Assembly (NCBI GenBank): GCA_047495785.1
Contig: JBLDXI010000029.1
Location: 2,914,001-2,978,000 of the forward strand
From: Lepidodermella squamata
Taxonomy: Eukaryota > Animalia > Gastrotricha
Length of the DNA stretch: 64,000 nucleotides
Direction: 5' to 3'
Shown: positions 58,627 to 64,000 of the stretch, piece by piece
Layout of the letters: every line of letters begins with the position of its first letter
Position numbering within the stretch: position 1 is the first letter of the stretch
Translations under genes and position numbers: made by a program
The notes under the pieces: generated by a model
Database searches by the model: none
Seen by the model: only the letters and a program-made list of their open reading frames with translations
Told to the model about the DNA's origin: nothing

Positions 58627-60354
58627 ATGGCGAATAAATTTCCACATCAAATCGCTAGCCAGTTGTTCGATTCGGTTGACTGGCTTCAGCTTAATTCACG
58701 CCTCAATCGATTGAGATACATTGATGACTCATCATCGGTCGCATCTTCATCGAGGTCGAATAAACCGCCGAAACCAACCGTGCGACTCGTCACGCTTGAC
58801 CACGTCACGGCTATCAGTGAAGCGAGACGAATTATCAACGATGAAGCGGCAGCTTTGCGACATTTGGCCAACTCAATGATAGGTTACAAAAAAATTGGGT
58901 TATAATAAAATCCACCTTAATATTTTGAAAATTATAAAATCCTCCTTAATTTGAATTTTTCAATTATTATTTTTTAGGCGCTTCCTTCGCCAAAGCATGT
59001 GAAGTTTTACTCACCCTACGAGGTCGAATTATTGTCAGCGGCCTGTCGAAAGGTGGCCATGTCGAACGAAAATTGGCCGCCGCTCTCGCTCAAACAGGCT
59101 CGCCCGCCTTCTTCCTACACCCGGACGACCTAGGCTACCACGGCGAGTTGGACTCGATTAATCAGGGCGATGCTTTTATTGTGCTGTCGCAGAGTGGCGA
59201 AGTTCCAGAATTGATACCGGCGCTTTTACGGGCTCAACGGCTGGGTGTTGCAATAATTGCAGTTACGGCTAAAAAAGGCAGCCAATTAGGCGATTTTGCG
59301 CAAATTTGTGTAAGCTCAAAAATTAGAAAAATTTGAAAGTTTCAACTGTTTTGAAAATTTTGAATTTTGAAATTTCTTGAAATTAAAAAATGAAGATTTC
59401 AAATTATTAAAGTTTCAAAATTACTGACTCGGTTTAATAATTTGAAAAATTATTTTAAAATTTTCTGATTTTTTTTGAAAAATTGAAATCCATTGAAACT
59501 GAATTTTTTGAAAAATTCTATTTTTAAACGATCAAAATTGAAATTTAATAATTAAAATATTCTTTTTAGCTGGAAATTCCGGATTTACCCGAGGCTCATT
59601 TGCTATCGAATTTTCCGACCACGTCGAGCCAGTGCATGGCCGCCCTGGGTGACGCCCTCGCTGTGTGCACCCAACGAGCGAGGCGAGGCGTGGCGAGTCG
59701 TGACTACCACATTCAACGCACGAAATGGCGCCACCGACCCGTTAAAGATATCATGTCAACTGTAAGTTCAAAATTTTCAAATTTATTTAGGATTTTTTCA
59801 AATTTTCAAATTTACCCGATATTTTAATTTTAATTTTCAATTTGAAAAAATCGAAATTCCTAAATTTTGGATTGATAGCCGATTATTTGACTAGCTTCCC
59901 AATTTTTGTCCAGGATCCTCTTCGATTGCCATGTACAGTCCTTCAGTCATGCAAATTAACCGAAGCGATGCCGAAATTGCTGTACAGCCACGCTGGCCTC
60001 GTCGGCGTAATTAACGACCAGGGTCAATTGATCGACGCAATAACCGACGCCGACATTCGCCTGCTCGCTAAATCGAATTGCCTCGATCTAACCGTAGATG
60101 AAGCGCTGATTCAAGCGAATTCTCTAGGCCGTAGTAGCGCGCTTACCCTAGGCTATTGCGTGCTGTTTGAAACTGAACATGTTATGGATGCGGTGGTCAA
60201 AATGTCGGCTCACGGCCTACGAGGCGCGTTTGTTATCAACGAACAGGCTGAAACTGTTGGCTATTTGTCGCTGGCTGATTGCTTAGAGGCTGGAATTCTA
60301 CCCGTTTCGGCTCTTATCAAGGCAGAAACTGGCGCGGAGCCTACTAAATTATGA
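58627..60354 (+). CDS. KdsD/KpsF/GutQ-like SIS-CBS protein (arabinose-5-phosphate isomerase family), 4 exons: 58627-58882, 58978-59309, 59570-59761, 59914-60354
   Basis: EARRII..EAAAL, GRIIVSGLSKGGHV.RKLAA.LA.TGSPAFFLHP..HGEL, LSQSGE, EA....PTTS...LGDALAV, VKDIM, and a CBS pair (LIDAITDADIR, VGYLSLADCL); three GT-AG introns. Confidence 0.9.
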
Positions 60355-61726
60355 AAATAATATTTCAAAAATAAATGTTCGAAAATAAATTCTCGACATC
60401 CCTCTGAGACCAAACATGAACTATATTATCGGGAGCAGTAATGGTGCTTAATCATATTTTTGGTAAATGAAATGTCTGTCCTACCTGAATTTTTCATTAA
60501 TTTTTCCAATAAAATGTTGTATCGTCATTCGTAAAAATAGGTAACTCTATACTCTATGGTTCTCGCATTCTTCACTTAGCGAGTTTTTGGTTTGTTTTTC
60601 ACATCGAATTTCCCGCATTTCTCGCATGCTCAACAAATTGCTGCTACTGAATCGCAAAATTGGGCTGTAGGACGCAAGATGGTTCTGCTCGGTTGGCTTC
60701 GGATGGCTGTCAAACTGTCAAAAGACCCTTCAACACCTCAGTTAACAGAGCGCTTTCAAAGTCGACGAAAAACTCGAGTGGCGAAATCCGTTCTTGAACG
60801 AAAGGCTGCTATTTGCCATGGTGTCAGGAATCGCTCGAAACATCTGTATCGCTGTTCTGTATCTTCTTGCTTTCAATGTCGCAATCGATGCCCTGTTGCG
60901 ATTTCTGGGATTCAATGCTGCCTGAGCTCTCTTCGATTTCATCGAATGCTGGCCGATTGTTTGGATTGATTGGAATTAATTTTCCAAGTTCCAGTTCTGG
61001 GTATAAGGCATATCCTAGCTAAATGGCTGAGATCAGATACGAGTAGGTATGCGCCAGTGAGCACAGGTATATGTCAGAAACTGCCCATGACACCATGGCG
61101 AATCTTTTAAAATCTTGAAAGAATTTACCCTTAAATATGTCCACCTCGAAAAGCTGAACAACATTGTTTTTGGAAAATGAGGCGACAATTTTGCATTGAA
61201 AACTGTATTGAGTTGAAAACCGGCGAAATTCTTGGCTTCAAATGAATATTGGTCACCATTTTAACATAGAAAAATAGGGATGGTCGAATCGTTTTCAGTG
61301 TTAAATTGAGACTCGAGGACAACAAAATCATTGGCAAAATTTTTAAAAAGCTGAATCAAATCTTTGCGCAAAAACAAGTCAAACAATTTTAAATCAAATC
61401 TTTCGAAATCAAACCTCAATAAAAACCCAAACACAGCAACAAATGCACCCAAATACACCTAATCAAAATTAATACGAGAGCGAAACGTCATCCTTTAATT
61501 GCATTGTTTATTCACAAGGTAAGGCGATAGTGATGACCTAAAGAAGCGATTGTTTCCATGATTGCAAGGAGAAAAGTATGCTTTTTTTTCCTGCCATCAT
61601 TAGAGCATTATGATTTATGAGCGCAATTAGGATGCAACGAATAAAATAAACTCGGGCGAAAACTTATACAAGTCTCTTCCCTTGTAGTGGAATATGACAA
61701 TCGCAGTAGCAATCGCTTAAAATTAT

Positions 61727-62600
61727 TTAAGCTTCCTGGTAGCCAGCTTCGCGGCGCTGGGCCTCTTCGTAACCTGCTTCGCGGCGCTGAGCCTCTTCGT
61801 AGCCAGCTTCGCGGCGCTGAGCCTCTTCGTAGCCTGCTTCACGGCGCTGGGCCTCTTCGTAACCTGCTTCGCGGCGCTGAGCCTCTTCGTAACCTGCTTC
61901 GCGGCGCTGAGCCTCTTCGTAGCCTGCTTCACGGCGCTGAGCCTCTTCGTAGCCAGCTTCACGGCGCTGGGCCTCTTCGTAACCTGCTTCGCGGCGCTGA
62001 GCCTCTTCGTAGCCAGCTTCACGGCGCTGGGCCTCTTCGTAACCTGCTTCGCGGCGCTGAGCCTCTTCGTAGCCAGCTTCGCGGCGCTGGGCCTCTTCGT
62101 AACCTGCTTCGCGGCGCTGGGCCTCTTCGTAACCTGCTTCGCGGCGCTGAGCCTCTTCGTAGCCTGCTTCACGGCGCTGGGCCTCTTCGTAACCTGCTTC
62201 GCGGCGCTGAGCCTCTTCGTAGCCAGCTTCGCGGCGCTGAGCCTCTTCGTAGCCTGCTTCACGGCGCTGGGCCTCTTCGTAACCTGCTTCGCGGCGCTGA
62301 GCCTCTTCGTAACCTGCTTCGCGGCGCTGAGCCTCTTCGTAGCCTGCTTCACGGCGCTGAGCCTCTTCGTAGCCAGCTTCACGGCGCTGGGCCTCTTCGT
62401 AACCTGCTTCGCGGCGCTGAGCCTCTTCGTAGCCAGCTTCACGGCGCTGAGCCTCACGCCTCATGGTCTCCCCGAGCGGATTCGAAAGGACCGCTGCTAC
62501 CTTGTTTCAAAACAAATTTATCATTGCCATTAGTTATATGATACGCTCGTCAATCGCAGAAACTCACCAGACATGCTGCTATCGTTAGCTTGCAGATCAT
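61727..62600 (-). CDS. Secreted multi-copy peptide precursor: signal peptide plus 23x EAGYEEAQ and one EAGYQEA separated by RR (exons 62600-62568, 62500-61727)
   Basis: MICKLTIAACL, 67-nt gtgagt...aag intron, VAAVLSNPLGETMRREAQ(RREAGYEEAQ)23RREAGYQEA-stop, 268 aa; repeat variation is synonymous in this frame. Confidence 0.82.
61731..62457. repeat. 30-bp coding tandem repeat, ~24 units
   Basis: Unit a(g/a)cc(a/t)gcttc(g/a)cggcgctg(g/a)gcctcttcgt. Confidence 0.95.
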
Positions 62601-63100
62601 TTCGGGCTTGAATGAAAGGGCTGACGGAATATTTCAAAGAGGAAATTGCTTTTGATGAAACGTTGGTATTCTATGAATTTGGGAATTTTCACCATTTTCA
62701 GCTACGTTTTATAGGCGAGCGATGCCGATCATTTCATCAGTTGCGCTAGATTAATTGTCTATTATGCTTGCGTTCCAGGGTGCCGTTAAAGTTGGCGCAG
62801 CTCCGAGCATGTTCAGCTGTCATTTCCATCACGCGCGCTCGCCGCAAAAAACCTATTTTAGCATCATAAGATTAACAATAATATTTGAATAATTATGAAT
62901 AGAATATATCATCGCGCATTATTTATTTTTTAACGATGAAATTTCATTCCACACCGGCATTATCGCTTGCCCGTAATTCAACTTGCCAGCCATTCCCTTC
63001 TACGAATAACTCCTTACACAAAGCTGATATTCCTTACATATTTTCAAGACGGCAGTTCAAGATATCGTTAGCGTCGTTGAATACCTCTGATTTATGCTTG

Positions 63101-63219
63101 TTTACAACTATTTCAAGATGATAGGTGACACAAGTAAAATGTCTTTTGTCTTTGCCTCTTTATTCACATCAGAAATCCCACTTTTTACTTGTCACCTATC
63201 ACTTTGAAATAGTTGTAAA
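63101..63219. repeat. Inverted repeat with ~38-bp arms, probable MITE relic
   Basis: tttacaactatttcaagatgataggtgaca..agtaaaa and ttttacttgtcacctatcactttgaaatagttgtaaa. Confidence 0.65.
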
Positions 63220-64000
63220 GAAATTTGCATGGGCCTTGCTGAAATAACACACTGGGGATCGAGAATACCAATTCATAGGTCCTGAACTGCTTGGAGCTTT
63301 CAGGTATCAATGTTTGTGGTAATTATGCGCTGGAATTTAAATTTATATAAGAATACCGTTAAATTATGTTACATCGCCATTTTTTATTGATATTCCAATT
63401 GAATGCTGGTGTGAAACGCGCCGTATCTCGCTCTTTCGAACGGTATAAAATGTATAAGAATAGGGCTAATACATCCGGAGATGATGACGGTAAAAACTTG
63501 TGAAAATAATTTTTGTTGCGCGCAAAATGACGCTTTTAATTTTACATTTTTCTCAAAATGTGAAAAAAATTATCTTTAAACGTCTATATACGCGATAACT
63601 ACGTCATTCTGAGGTATTTTGTCGAACGGTTTTCACCTATGGATTCGGGATGTCATGGCCAACAACCCCATGTACTCATCTGGAAATGTGAAAAAATTCG
63701 CCAAGATACACGTTTCACTTTGCAGCGGTCAAATGTTCAGGTCTGAAGTTGATGTTCAAAACCAAATGAAAAGTTCAAAAACGAATTTTCCCATTAAATT
63801 TCAATTTTCTTCAGTTTTCAGTGCTTGAACCATAACTTGGGAAGGTGTTTCGTCTCAATATCTCTTTTTTTAGAGAATTCAGAAAAAACAGGCGACAATT
63901 AAGAAGTTTAGATTTCATTTATTCTCCAAAATATAATTAAAAACATGATGCTAGAATTAATTTCCATTTTCCCAGAACAACTCGCTAAAATCGGAATTTT

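Noticed and set aside
58627-60354. Bacterial contamination or an endosymbiont insert explaining the KdsD-like gene
   Set aside because: It has three canonical introns with host-like AT composition and no flanking bacterial genes.
60590-61110. Coding-like minus-strand stretch (MVSWAVSDIY...DVSSDS)
   Set aside because: In-frame stops, no recognisable domain and no convincing splice model.
61723-62457. Histone H1-like ORF (AAKLATKRLS)n and the plus-strand ORF 61687-62541 (LRGAEPLRNL)n
   Set aside because: Repeat variants are non-synonymous in these frames but silent in the EAGYEEAQRR frame, so they are shadow ORFs.
61731-62457. CRISPR-like array of 30-bp repeats
   Set aside because: Repeats are head-to-tail with no spacers, there are no cas genes, and the context is a eukaryotic coding exon.

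Overview
Eukaryotic DNA, almost certainly from an invertebrate animal: GT-AG introns, Cys-loop channels, astacin-like, S1A protease, ENPP and QPCT genes. No rRNA, tRNA or CRISPR array was recognised. About 1-40 kb is a duplication- and transposon-rich zone with short introns. It holds a mucin-like type II membrane gene, a twice-present ankyrin / Cys-loop channel / glycosyltransferase cassette, six copies of an intronless leaderless trypsin-fold protease (four with intact triads, carrying a CaaX or tail-anchor end in three cases), a zinc-dead astacin-EGF-CUB-kringle gene, a decayed L2/CR1 LINE, a Penelope 3' end with a minimal hammerhead ribozyme, and a hAT-like TIR element carrying a Penelope-type RT. 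About 40-64 kb holds mostly single-copy genes with AT-rich introns: ankyrin, ENPP, a signal-peptide dynein-light-chain-fold gene, an orphan secreted protein, an S1A protease-ankyrin fusion with a GPI-like tail, an atypical glutaminyl cyclase and an intron-containing bacterial-type KdsD/KpsF (SIS-CBS) gene. It also holds a two-exon secreted precursor, only partly shown by the ORF track, that encodes 23 RR-flanked copies of EAGYEEAQ. Exon structures were reconstructed by hand and no database searches were run.
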